Positions 37,657 through 49,882 of a DNA stretch of 64,000 nucleotides are shown one piece after another. The notes below the pieces were generated by a model that had not been told where the DNA came from, made no database searches, and was given only the letters and a program-made list of their open reading frames with translations. The translations under genes were made by a program, and so were the position numbers. This DNA comes from Octopus sinensis (Eukaryota). Position 1 is the first letter of the stretch; every line of letters begins with the position of its first letter. The stretch covers positions 135,656,001 through 135,720,000 of the forward strand of contig NC_042998.1 in assembly GCF_006345805.1 (NCBI RefSeq), read 5' to 3'.

Positions 37657-39221
37657 GTATGATATATACTATTGTGTTTACATGAAATTCTGTTTTATAC
37701 AAAACGTATTCAGTTTTTAGAGGCCACTTTTAGGGCCTTGTGACTTATAAGGCTATTTTTACTTAGTGCTGGTGCAATGAAAAATGCATCCAGTACACTG
37801 GTTGGCATTAAGAAAAGTATCCAACCATAGAAACTGTGCCAGAGCAGATATTGGTGCATGATACAATCATCTGACTCATTAAACCCTCTTAAACTATGCA
37901 ATCCATGGAATCCAAACATTAAATGATGATGATGCAGAGTAAGTTTTGCTAAAGATCACCATTTTATTTAATTTCTTTTTAATAACTCAATAAAAGTACT
38001 ATTTTATCATCATCGTTTGACATCTGTTTTCCATGCTAGCATAGGTTGGACGGTTTGACCAGGGTCTGGAAAGCCAGGAGGCTACACCATGCTCCAGTCT
38101 GATCTGGCAGTGTTTCTACAGCTGGATGCCCTTCATAACGCCAACCACTCCATGAGTGATTGTATAAAATATTTTACAAATCATTGATTTATCAGTCAAG
38201 CTGTCCAAGCCATCCCACCTATGTAAAATTGGTATATCCAATGTTACACTGCTATGTTTAGTGTCTATTTAAGCAATGAGTTCGTGGATGGTTAATGGAT
38301 TGGATGTGGTGCTGAAGAAGGAGCAAGAACTCCTGAAATATGCATGTACACCCATTATGTATTTCTCATTTTTGTTTACATCAGACATATTTGGATATGA
38401 AATGCAACAAATTAGTGCTGGCTATAATTTCTATAGAAAATCTGTAGAGATAAGTTCAACAAGCAACTAATTTATCTATCTTTTAATTGAACCATATACA
38501 GTAGTATGGTAATGTTGAATAATGATGTACTTAGTGTTTAACAGAACAAAGTTACGTGTTAGTTAATAAATTGGTTCCAAAAAGTGGTTTTAATGAAGAA
38601 TATACTTTCTCTTCTTTGTTGCATTGTCTTAAAAGCCATTTAACATGCAAGAAACTTTTCTTAAATCACACTAAGAGGATACATTTGATAGTCCTACATA
38701 CTTTGATGAAGACAGGATGGTTAAAGCTGGATTGCATTTTTTCTTAGGTCTGTACAGTTTGTGCAACAATAGTAATATTGTAAGAAAATTGGTAGTGTGG
38801 TTAAGAAATCACCCTCACAGCTATGTGATTTTTGGTTCAAACTCACTGTGCAGCACCTTGAGAAAATGTCTTCTGGGACCTTGGGTTGACCAAAACCTTG
38901 CAAGTGAAATTTAGTTGACAGGGACTGTATAGAATTGTCAAAGACTGTTCCTTTTTGAGGTGGTAGACACTACACATCATCTAGTCTAACACCACCACCA
39001 TCTGGTATTTTGATATCTTTAGCAGGATCCACTCTGTTGTCCATATTTAAGTTAGGTCTCTAGATTGAAGATTTCCTTTCCTTTTCCCACTAGTCTTGGA
39101 TAATCTGTATAAATGTCATGAGTGCTGCCTTTAATCCTTAGATGTTGCTGTAATTCAACTTATCAAAATGTCATTTTTTTGTCCCTATTTGTTTTTATTT
39201 AGCACATATCTGTTCTTTCAG

Positions 39222-39383
39222 ATTTTGATGCCTGTGACTTGATGATTTATGAAGAGGTTATTAAAATGCCCCAGTTTCAACGAAAGACTTTAGTACTGGT
39301 TGGTGCAACGGGTGTTGGACGTCGATCATTAAAAGAACGGCTGATAAAAAATGATCCCAGGTTATTTGCTGCTGCCATGCCTC
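39222..39383 (+). CDS. MPP6: MPP6-like exon 10, start of GK domain
   Basis: tttcag|..|gtaagt; DFDACDLMIYEEVIKMPQFQRKTLVLVGATGVGRRSLKERLIKNDPRLFAAAMP. Confidence 0.96.
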
Positions 39384-41889
39384 GTAAGTAGAATCACTCT
39401 TACTGATATTTCAATAAATATTCCAATATATGTGGTGTTAAGTGTTTTCATAAACTTCAGAGACTTATTGGTAATACAATAAGTCTATACAATTTATGTT
39501 GTGAATATTTACTTGAATGAGCATCTATTTGATCACTTGATCTATTAGAAATAATAGCCAAATCTCCCTCACATCACAGATTGGATGAGTTCCTAGTTTG
39601 GCTAATGTACTCTCTTGAAAATGACTGGATGGTCTTGGGGTGGGGAAGACTTAGAGCCAGTGTAAATGGGGATCTTTGTTGCTAATTTCCAGGTGAGCGA
39701 GATTAGTAGCAAGAATGGAGATATCTGTGTAAATGCAGACATTCAGAGCTTTTGGGGTGAGGTTTTAGTATAGAGTGAAATCTGGACAGTAGAGGTGGGT
39801 TATAGACAGGGATTGAGTAACTTGTATCATGAATAGGAATGAGGAATTTGTGTGTTAGTAGGCAGTGATGTGAGGGTCTATATTGGATCAGTCCACAAAT
39901 GTTAAAGAAGAAGAGAGAGCTTCTAGGAAAGTGTAGTGGATCTTGGTGCATCATAATGTTATGCTAATACCTTCTTAGGAGCTTGGTTTTAAAATTTGTT
40001 ACAGTGTGAAGTACCCATGGATCAGGTTGTAGTGTTAAATGAGGTGGTGTGATGTACCTAAAAATATTTGTATCTAAAATTTGAAGGATGGTGGAATTAT
40101 TGATACTCCTATAAGGTGGCTAATTGACATTCATTAGAAAGTGGGATAGAATTCCTAGTAGCATTGTTCTGGCAGCTGCTCTGAGTTCAAATGCAACCAA
40201 AGTCAACTTTGCTTTTCATTCTTCAGGAGTGGCAGAACTGTAAGAAAGTCATACTGGGTGGCTTTCAGTATTTGTTCCACTTCTTTACATTCTGAGTTCA
40301 AGTCCGTCTATGGGCTACTTAGGTGGCAGACATAATCCATCATTTAGTTTAATACCATCACTTGGCATCTTGGGTGTCTTTAGTAGACCCCAGGAGGGGG
40401 AATACCCTTTAAGAGGTCATGAGCACTGCTTCTCTTTGTGACTAAAAGATAAAAAGCTGGAGCACCATCAAAATCCAACCCTATATTGATGTGTGCATGT
40501 ATGTATATGTGTAGATGTGTGTGTTTATGTATACAATAGATTAGTAATTAAAATGTGTTTTAAAAAATTTTGAGACTATCTCAGTAAATCTAGGTGTATT
40601 TGATCAATGTTGTATTGATATATTTATGAGAATCTGTATAAATTTGTTTATTTATTAAATTATATCCATTGTTAACATGGAATTGATCAGTGAATACATG
40701 TTTACATTTCAACAAAATGCTGGTGTAGTTATATAGAGAATATACAAGATGATTATCATATTTTCTTTCTCTTTCCTAAGCTCTTTATATCCATTCTAAT
40801 ATTTTAATGTAAATATGTACAATGTGTTTTGTTTTTGCAATGTTTCTGTTTTAGAATTTAAACAGTAAACTTTCATCAGCATTGTCGTTTAATACCCGCT
40901 TTCCATGCTGGCAATGAGTTTGATGGTTTCAATGAGGACTGGCGAGCCAGAAAGCTGCACCAGGCTCCAATCTGATCTAGCAAAGTTTCTACTGCTGGAT
41001 TCCCTTACTAACACCTACCACTCCAAGAGTGTGGTGGGTGCTTTTACGTGCCGTTGGTACGAGGGCCAGTCAGGTGGTTCTGGCAATGACCATGTTCAAA
41101 AGGTGTTTTTTTTACATGCTACCTGCACGGGAGCCAGTTCGGTGGCACGTGAAAAATATTCACGTGCCACCAGCACATGTGCCAGTAAGGTAACGATCAT
41201 GCTCGAATAGCACAAGAGCTAGTCAGCGGCCCCGGCTCGGATAGTGCTTTTAATGTTCTACTGGCATGAGTGCCAATCAGGTGGTACTGTCATTGGCCAT
41301 GTCAGCGATTTTGATTTCACTTGCCTCAACAGGTCTTTGCAAGCAAAGTTTATTGGTTTTCAAATTTAATTTTGTCAATGCATCCAATTATAATTAAATT
41401 ATTAATAACACATTTGAACTCTAATTTAGTAAATTTTGAAAAAGTTGTGTGTGTTTACCTAATGGGATGGCTAAGTGGTTAAGAATTTGACTTCTCAACC
41501 ATGAGGTTATAATTTATGTCCCATTGCTCAGCACCTTGGGAAAATGTCTTCTACCATATCTTCAGCTTAACTGAAGTCTTGTGAATGAAATTTGCCAAAG
41601 AGTATCTATGGAAGCATGTTGGATGGACACACTATCACACTAATTCTTCATGAGAATTATGATGATGATGATAATCCTTTCAACCATAGGCACAAGGCCT
41701 GAAATTTTTGAGGAGGGAATATGTTGATTATATCGACTCCAGTATTCAACTGGTACTTATTTTTATTGATTATGAAAGGATGGAAGGCAAAGTTGACACC
41801 TTGCTAAGCATTTTGTCCAGCATGCTAATGGTTTTGTGCTTATATCATGCAGTGTTCAGGAACACTGCAAGGTTAAAAGATGAAGCAGA

Positions 41890-42122
41890 AGGTGGCGAGC
41901 TGGCAGAAACATTAGCACGCCGGGCAAAATGCTTAGCGGTATTTCGTCTGCTGTTACGTTCTGAGTTCAAATTCCGCTGAGGTTGACTTTGCCTTTCATC
42001 CTTTCGGGGTCAATAAATTAAGTACCAGTTATGCACTGGGGTCAATGTAATCAACTTAATCCCTTTGTCTGTCCTTGTTTGTCCTTTCTATGTTTAGCCC
42101 CTTGTGGGCAATAAAGAAATAA
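41890..42122 (+). mobile_element. tRNA-derived SINE (second family; also 51538-51760 on + and 62333-62546 on -)
   Basis: ggcgagctggcagaaac.ttagcacgccggg..ctgagttcaaattccgc.gaggtcgactttgcctttcatcctttcggggtc. Confidence 0.8.
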
Positions 42123-42418
42123 AAAAGTGACAATAAATTAAGACAGAAATGGTAGCCTCAGGAAATATGTAGATGTACAGAACTTTACCTATGTGCAAAT
42201 TGTCTTCCTCTGCAAAATATGTGCGCATTTTTTTCTTTCTTAGTTGTAAGACGTGCTTATTTCCGAATGCACAGTTTAGAGGGAACATTGGCGATTACAT
42301 CTGGAATATCTTTGTTCATAGGTTTCTTTGATTAGAAGTGACTTGGGTTAAAGAACAACATTTTAGGATAATTATTAATTAATTAGCATTTAATTTCTAT
42401 TCTGTTTTTGGTTTCCAG

Positions 42419-42621
42419 ATACTTCTAGGGCTCCCCGAGATGGAGAGAAACATGGCCAGGGTTACTTTTTCATGGAACGAGAAGTAATGGAAGAAGAAAT
42501 AAGAAATGAGAAATTCCTTGAACATGGCGAATACAATGGCAATTTGTATGGCACCAAGATTGAAACAATATTGGATGTTATCAATTCTTCAAAGATGTGT
42601 GTTTTAGATGTCAACCCTACG
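42419..42621 (+). CDS. MPP6: MPP6-like exon 11, GK
   Basis: ttccag|..|gtaaga; HTSRAPRDGEKHGQGYFF...FLEHGEYNGNLYGTKIETILDVINSSKMCVLDVNPT. Confidence 0.96.
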
Positions 42622-43235
42622 GTAAGAGACTTTGATAGAGTACAAAATACCATCCATCAATCTTTGGATATTTACTGTCTCAAGATCCAGGATGCATAGG
42701 GCTGGTTTCCATGGTGTATGAGTGATCAAGATGACATTCCCCTTGAATGGGATGCTTGCTTGTTATGAGGAGTGGGGTTACTTATTTACAATTGAGTGAA
42801 CTGGAGTAATGTCGGATGAAGTGTTTTCCTCAAAAAAAAAACAATGCACCACCCAGTCCAGGAATTGAAACCATGATCTAGCAATCATGAGTGCAACACT
42901 ATAACCAGCTGGCATTGTACCCTCACTGGTAGTAAATATTTTGTTAAAGAGTATTATATATATATCAGTATCGCTATCATCATCATTTTATGTCTGTTCT
43001 GCAATCTGTTTGTTTAAAGAATTAAGTGCAAGACACACTGTCATTAGTCTTTTATCATTCCATTCCATCCTCAGTTTTTACCATTTACTCCATTTAATGC
43101 AACTACAGCACAGTCATAAAACAATGATGGCAACCAATACATTAGTTCTTTTATATATTCAAGATGTGCCAGCTGTCTTTTTATTTGTTTATCTGTGAGG
43201 AAGGGGTGTATTTCCAAGGCCTATTTAAGCTCTCT

Positions 43236-43421
43236 TAATCGTTTTGATATCAACCCATTTGAGAACATCCTTTGTCTGACACAAACTTCCTGTTTTGAAT
43301 TAAAACCTTCTAGCAAAATTTCAGCTTAATAATGACAGTTATTTTGCTAAATCCATCATTATTTTCAGAATTAACTGAAGCAAAAGCAGGGTAAATAGAA
43401 ATATGATAATAAAAGGATTAA
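43236..43421. mobile_element. piggyBac-like MITE, family A (also ~20829-21020, ~46950-47173, ~50070-50325)
   Basis: TTAA-flanked ends resembling ttaaccctttt/aaaagggttaa; copies share tttagtaaaataac and ggttggtatcaaaagggttaa. Confidence 0.55.
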
Positions 43422-43469
43422 TGGAGTTGGTAACAAAGATAATGAGGTGAAGTTAGTGAGGTTTATATA

Positions 43470-44009
43470 TATGAGGTCTGATCAAAAAGTATCAAGACTG
43501 ATCCTATAGTAATGGAGCTAAGGTGCATAGAGTGAAGCCACTTGGCACAGATTGACCTTGAACTCTCACACTAAGTTATAATGTTCTTGCTTATTTCTAT
43601 TGTTTATAGCCACACTTGGAAGTAAAGTGTGTAGAATGTGATCATCTGAAACAGAAGATAAGGTTTTGGCTGCACAGGATTTCTTTAATTGTGTCAAGGA
43701 ACACAATGTTTTGAAAATGGTTGTAACAGGTGACAAATTGTGGATCTAGACTTTGACCCTGAAACCAAGGTTTGAAAAGAATCCCACTTGAAAGGAACAA
43801 GATTTCAAGATGTCAAGGAAATCCAAGAGAAAACAGTGAGACAGCTGCTTGCTATCCCCCAAAAAGTTCCAGGAACGCATCCATCAAAGCAATACTGGAT
43901 AAAGTATGTAGGTTCAGAAAGGGACTACTTCAAAGGAGATTAAATGCCAAATTGATTTGTAGTTTTCTTTCTGTAGCTCCAATCCTGATGCTTTGTGATC
44001 AGACCTTGT
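43470..44009 (+). mobile_element. Internally deleted mariner element
   Basis: TIRs tgaggtctgatcaaaaagtatca / tgatgctttgtgatcagaccttg; VVTGDKLWI..DPETK and ..YFKGD* remnants. Confidence 0.8.
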
Positions 44010-45167
44010 GTGTGTGTATAGTATATATTTATTTGTTTATACACACATAGATACATGCACATCTATTTGAACACATTTTCTGTGTACAGATATATATATA
44101 TGACTTGTTGAGGAATTGAACTTAATTCCTATCTTGTCACTTCTTTGTTCTGAAGATTCATTGTTGTTGTTTTAACATCCATTTTCCCATGTTGCATGGG
44201 TCAAATGAGACTATGCTCGAGCAAATTTTTCTACAGCTAGTTGCCCTTTTTGATATCAACTCCCACCAAGGTAGTATTCCCCATAGGAACATTCTTTGTC
44301 TATTGAACAACAAATAACCTAGAAATGATTATGCAGTGACACCATGTGAATGTGAGGTTTTGTGAATAAAATGAGTTCGTATTTCTCTGTCCACAAGTGA
44401 AGACAGAAATACAAACTCATTCCCACAAACACACACATACCTGACCAAATTCAGTTTCTACCTGTTAGTTGTCACAAGATATTGGTCAACCCTTGACTAT
44501 GATATCAGCTACCAACCAACAGTGTCCACATTCTTTGTTCAGGAAATTCATCTTCATAAAATTATATATTTATCATCTCCAAACCATTAGCTATCAAATA
44601 TATCTTCTGATAAAGCATTTTCCTTTCCTAATTTTGAGGCTGTTTTATTTAGCTACATGGTTTCGGGTTCAGTCCCACTGCGTGGCACTTTGGGTAGGTG
44701 TCTTCCGCTATAGCCCCGAGCCGACCGAAGCTTTGTGATTGAATTCAGCAGGCGGAAGTTACTGCCGTGTGTGTATATGTGCGTGTAGGTGCTTGTGCCT
44801 CTCCAAAAGAGAGAGAGAGAGAGGGAATTAATAAATTTTTAACATTATTAAAGAAAATATCTTATCTTATTCCAGCTGTGATGTATTTCCTTTAGTAGAA
44901 AAAATATTTAATAAAGCACAAATAATTGTTAAAATTTAATTCTTTTATTAGAGGTTTCTCTGTCTTGTTAGAATAATTGTATTTTACAATTTGCTGCTAT
45001 AATTATATTTACAGCTTGTTGCTTGATTCCTCATAGTATTTGTTCCAGTTTTTTGTGCTTTGATGCTACCCAAACATCAAGTTCTACTTTATTTAGATCT
45101 CACATAACTTCTGTGATGAAAAATGCTCCCATTTTTCTTTTCTTTTATTCAATTTTCTGTTTTTCAG

Positions 45168-45284
45168 TCTTTGAAAATTTTGAAAACTGCAGAATTTTTA
45201 CCCTTCATTGTGTTCATGGCTGCTCCAAGTGCAGATGTGTTAAGAGAGATGCATGAGCTTGGTAAACAAGCTAGAGGCTACAGG
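45168..45284 (+). CDS. MPP6: MPP6-like exon 12, GK
   Basis: tttcag|..|gtaagt; SLKILKTAEFLPFIVFMAAPSADVLREMHELGKQARGYR. Confidence 0.95.
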
Positions 45285-45645
45285 GTAAGTGTTAGTCATT
45301 AAACTAATTTTCGGTAATCTTTGACCTATGCATTGTATACATCATATACAGCATTGTATACATCATATACAAGATTTATAATAAATATTGACTAGCATAT
45401 TTATTCTTAATGCATCCTGGCAGCTTCAAACATAAAATATGCTAGTTGCTGTTATGTATCACCTATTTATGATGACTGTGTTCATAACACAATTGGCTTA
45501 TTGATGCAAGGGATTCTGGGATACTAGTATCTTGACATGTTATAATAATTGCCAACAAAATCTGTAAATTTTTTCTCTCTAAAATTAAACAATATAACAA
45601 TTTAGCTATTCTGAGAATATACTGATTTTTTTTTTCTTTTCACAG

Positions 45646-45666
45646 GGACGTATGGAGTTAAAAACT
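45646..45666 (+). CDS. MPP6: MPP6-like exon 13, 21-nt microexon (GRMELKT)
   Basis: Long polypyrimidine tract + cacag|GGACGTATGGAGTTAAAAACT|gtaagt; phase 0-0. Confidence 0.8.
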
Positions 45667-45827
45667 GTAAGTTATTGTTTTATTTAAATATATAAATGCT
45701 CATCTCTCTCGATTTTTGAATTGAGGTCATCCTCTTTAAAACATTATACTTAGAATGATTATTGCATTGCAAAAGTCATTACATAGCTTAGTTTCTCTGC
45801 TTAATATTTTGTTATAAAAAAATATTC

Positions 45828-46051
45828 TAATTGTTTAGCACTCAGGTTCTGTCAAATGTAGTGCTTATTTATTCACATTGTTTTGAATTAATCATGCATT
45901 ACCTTATAACTTCAAGATTTTGATGATGAAATTGTTTATTTTTAGAATGACATTGTAAGATAGGTGCGAGAGGTAAGATCTGGTGACTTTGAACAGAGAA
46001 TGGGTAGAATATTTTCACTAGATATGGCTGATTTAAATGCTAAAAGATTAA
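45828..46051 (-). mobile_element. piggyBac-like MITE, family B (inverted relative to 49676-49882)
   Basis: Reverse complement of the 49676 copy (aatcatgcatta, tttgatgatg..attgtttatt, tttaaatgctaaa). Confidence 0.7.
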
Positions 46052-46189
46052 GGTGTGCAACTTCATTGCTCAGGCACTTATCCTTTATCTTTTATTTGTT
46101 TGTCATTGGACTATACCCATACTAGAGCATCACCTTGAATTTAGTTCAACAAAGTGACCCTAGTACATATTTTTACTTAAGATTGATAC

Positions 46190-46648
46190 ACTTTGCTTGT
46201 GTGGCATGGTGCAGAGTCCTGTTGCCAGACATAGGGTCTTCCAGCGGCCAACCTCTTGACCCAGAGCAGACTACCTCCTCCAGGCACTTGATGTAGGCCT
46301 CTGTGTTGAGTCTGAGGTTGTGTTGGAAGATGAATGGAAGCATAACGTTGCCATCACTAGTGATCACTCTAAATACCTGGATGTTTGATTTTTATTACTT
46401 TCAGTACATGTCCACAGATTGACACCCAAGCACTCTGAAATGTTCATATTGGAGTTTCCAGTGTGAATGCCAAGCAGTACAGCATGTCGTTTCTAAATTT
46501 CTGGCAGTGAATTGCATCATGATGCTGTTTTTCTCACAGATGGTGCCCAACTGACTCTACTATACTGTGTAGTTGGCAAAATCAAAAACAATGTACATGT
46601 ACAAAATTAAAAATATAAAATGGTGACAATTTACCCATTGCACCATAC
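46190..46648 (-). mobile_element. Tc1/mariner 5' fragment (same family as 54090-54942)
   Basis: ITSDGNVMLPFIFQHNLRLNTEAYIKCLEEVV; TIR gacaatttacccattgcacc. Confidence 0.8.
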
Positions 46649-48063
46649 ACACACACACAAAGGGTATGATGGTCCTCTACATTGTTTCCATTCAAATTCC
46701 ACTCATAAAACATTGGTCAACCAATGGCAATGGTAGAAAACACCTGATCAAGGTGTTGTTCAATTAAATTGAACCTAGAATCACAAGGTTGAAAAGCAAC
46801 CTTCTTTACCTCATAATAAAGTCAGTGTCCAGTGGTTACATTGATGTAACAACTATATCAGAGGATTTACATTTGATTTTAGATCATATAAGTCATCAAA
46901 TAAAGGTTTGAATTCACTTTTCACATGACTTTATAAAAGGACAAACTTATGGACCCTATCCTTTTGTTATATTTCTGTTGTGATACTGTCTTTACCACTA
47001 TTAATTTTGAAAATAACAAAGTATTTAGTAAAATAACTTTGTCTTTATTAACTGGTGATTGATAAATTAACACTAAGATCTGATGAAAGATTTTAATTCA
47101 GAACTCTAGAAAACAAAATGTTTGTACCACAGAACTAAGATCGGTCTCAGGTGGGTTGGTATCAAAAGGGTTAAAGAGCTTTTAAATTGATGGGAGGAAG
47201 TTGTCTTGAGACTGGAGATGTGTCTGAAATGCTTTTAATTATGAAAGATATAATAAATACTGTGGTCAATATGGTTGCTTAAAAACCTTGAAGACACTCT
47301 GCCATGGAGGTAATATAATGACTGAAATCACCAAAAGAGTAAATCTTTTGTGAACAAAATATTCTTGAGTTATTATAAGAGATGAATTTAGACAGTATCA
47401 CTTTAAAATGGATTGTTTTGTATCTTAGAACCAACTGTGGCCTAAGATGAGTTATGAAAGGGATACCAAAAAGTGAGCAGGGTACTTGCCACCCAAGGAC
47501 AGGACTGTTCCTCTGATGAGCCTCTACACAGTTTCTGTCTATCCAGTTTTTCTCACAAGACTTTGGTCAACCTGAGGATGTGGCTAAAAAAACTAGCTAT
47601 GCAACCATGTGGTTTTTGGTTAGTTCCTCTGCATGGCTCATTAAACTGGTATTTTCAGTTATAACCCTCCTGGGCCAACTAATAACTTGTAAATCTGATA
47701 AGAAAGTGGGAGGAAGCCCATTCTGTTTTTTTTTTTTGCCCTACCCCACCACTTGACTATTGGTTTGTATTTGTATCCATAACTTAATGGTTCAACAAGA
47801 GACCAATATGTGCCAGACTTAAAAAATAAGTACTGGAGTCAGTTTGTGCAACTAAACCTTTCAAGGTGATGCCCCAGCATTGCCCACAATTCAGTAATTG
47901 AAACAAGTAAGAGTAAAGGATGTAGGGTAACTGGTGTAGTTTGAGTAAAACAAATCGTTTGTATTTTGTAATTTTTCTTTTTTTGTGAAATCTTTGATGT
48001 CTTGATATATTTATATGTAGTAATCAGATTGCTAATGAATTTGTTTTTTTCTGTAATTCACAG

Positions 48064-48240
48064 GAGGAAGATTTTCTAGGAATGGTTGATGAAAGCATGC
48101 AGATAGAACAAGTTTATAAAAGCTATTTTGACTTGATTATTATTAATGATGACTTCAATCAGTCATACCAGTCGTTACGCGAGGCAATTGATGAACTCAG
48201 CAATGAAACACAATGGGTCCCTTCTAACTGGATCTACTAA
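48064..48240 (+). CDS. MPP6: MPP6-like terminal coding exon 14
   Basis: tcacag|EEDFLGMVDESMQIEQVYKSYFDLIIINDDFNQSYQSLREAIDELSNETQWVPSNWIY* (TAA ends at 48240). Confidence 0.96.
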   Translation, partial: EEDFLGMVDESMQIEQVYKSYFDLIIINDDFNQSYQSLREAIDELSNETQWVPSNWIY

Positions 48241-48403
48241 CAACACACCTCAATTGACCATTTCATACCTGATTCGCAGAAACTTTGAGGTTCATATTTT
48301 TATAGAACAAGTCTTAACTAGATTTTAATATGCAACCTTAAAATATCACATATGTATGTATACATAATATATAGAAAGAGAGAAAGAGAAAAATGTTTCA
48401 TTG

Positions 48404-48409
48404 AATAAA
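48404..48409 (+). promoter_or_regulatory. Candidate proximal polyadenylation signal AATAAA
   Basis: First AATAAA, about 165 nt after the stop codon. The AT-rich context makes a chance match likely. Confidence 0.35.
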
Positions 48410-49675
48410 ACTTTTTAAAGGGAGATCATTCCAAAAGCCTGTGACCACAATTTAAGTCTGCATGGCTGAAATTAAAATATATCAAGTCCGAGCCACGATA
48501 GGAAAACATTTGCTGTTGAGCAAGCTTTTATTTTTATAAATTGAAATACTTTTTTTCATCAATAACCATTTCTTCATAAAGTATTTCCTAAGAAAAATAG
48601 AATTAAAAGTTAATGGATAGGGAAATGATAATTTTAAGGTTTATACTAATGATAATTATTATTCTTAGTTATAACTACTAGTAAAAATATTGATTTATAC
48701 TAATAAAACTTCATACATATTAAACAACTCTATATTAGCCTTTTCCCCAATGTGGATGTGTTACATATAGAAATTCTTGTATGTTTTAGAGATTGTATAC
48801 AATTAATATTTAATCAAGTATGTTTTGTTTCAAATTTTTTTCAAATATGCTTTTTTTTAACACCTGCTTAGTGATTCACTTCATCACTACTTCAGCTGGT
48901 ATAGTGAAGTGTGTGCTTTGCAGAGGTGGTCTAAATAAGACCAAAACATGTCCAGAGTTGTCTCCTGTACATATTAATATATTAATCACTGAGCTAATAT
49001 TATATCTTTTCCTCATTTCATAATAAATTAGCTTTTGGATATTTGGTACATTGTTAGCATTTACTGAACTATTGTTTTTTTATGCAGCTGAGGTCACTGA
49101 GTAATGCACTTTAGTGATTTATAATTGTCAAACCCGGCTTATGTTAACTGGAAGAACACTTGGTTTGCAAACTATTTAATCACTTTGAAATTCTATTAAA
49201 CTTTCTGAATACTTGTAAGACTTGCTTTTAAATTTATCCTCAAAATAAATGATTTGAGTAAATTTACTTTGAAATATCACTGAAATGATCAATACACACA
49301 GCCAAATAGTTATCTGGATAGTTTGTTTCTGATAATGCCAAATATATTCTAAAGTTTCTTTAGCGCTGACTTCTAAAACTATTGTATGGTCTTCAGTGTT
49401 GGATGTAATCTTCTGGCATTTTTTATATAGAATTCACGAGGAAAATAAATGAAAATAAAACAAAACTAAAGATAAAAGTTTTCTTCCATTTGCAGACTGA
49501 ACACAAACACATGCACACCTGGGTCTTTTTTTATACAGTATTATCTGCCCCTTGATTAAGCAATTCACTAAGACCTATAATTATGCATTTGATGAGCCAA
49601 GCATGCATAAATTAGTATTGGGCTCATAGACCCATGTTGCACTAGGGTAACTGACCAGTGTGTCCCATGCCTTAA

Positions 49676-49882
49676 CCCTTTTGCATTTAAACTGGCTATA
49701 TCCAGCCAAAATATTCTGTTTTATGTTCAAATGGGACAGATATGATCTCTCACACCCTGCGATATCATTCTACAAATAAACAATCACATCATCAAAATTT
49801 TGAAGCTACGAGATAATGCATGATTAGTTCAAACCAATGTGAAATAAGTATTACATTTCACAGTAATCTGAATGCTAAAGGG
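49676..49882 (+). mobile_element. piggyBac-like MITE, family B, with TTAA TSD
   Basis: TTAA-cccttttgcatt ... aatgctaaaggg-TTAA. Confidence 0.85.

Larger units (their letters stand above)
2671..48240 (+). other. MPP6: MAGUK p55 subfamily gene (MPP6/PALS2-MPP2/varicose-like), full coding span, 14 coding exons, 549 aa
   Basis: All 13 introns are GT-AG with matching phases. Exon lengths sum to 1650 nt. Domain order is L27-L27-PDZ-SH3-HOOK-GK and the protein ends QWVPSNWIY*, as in MPP2/MPP6 (QWVPxxWVY). MPP6 and MPP2 cannot be distinguished in an invertebrate. Confidence 0.93.

Noticed and set aside
39300-39335. Non-canonical P-loop (GATGVGRRS) as a novel feature
   Set aside because: Normal for the catalytically inactive GK domain of MPP-family MAGUKs.
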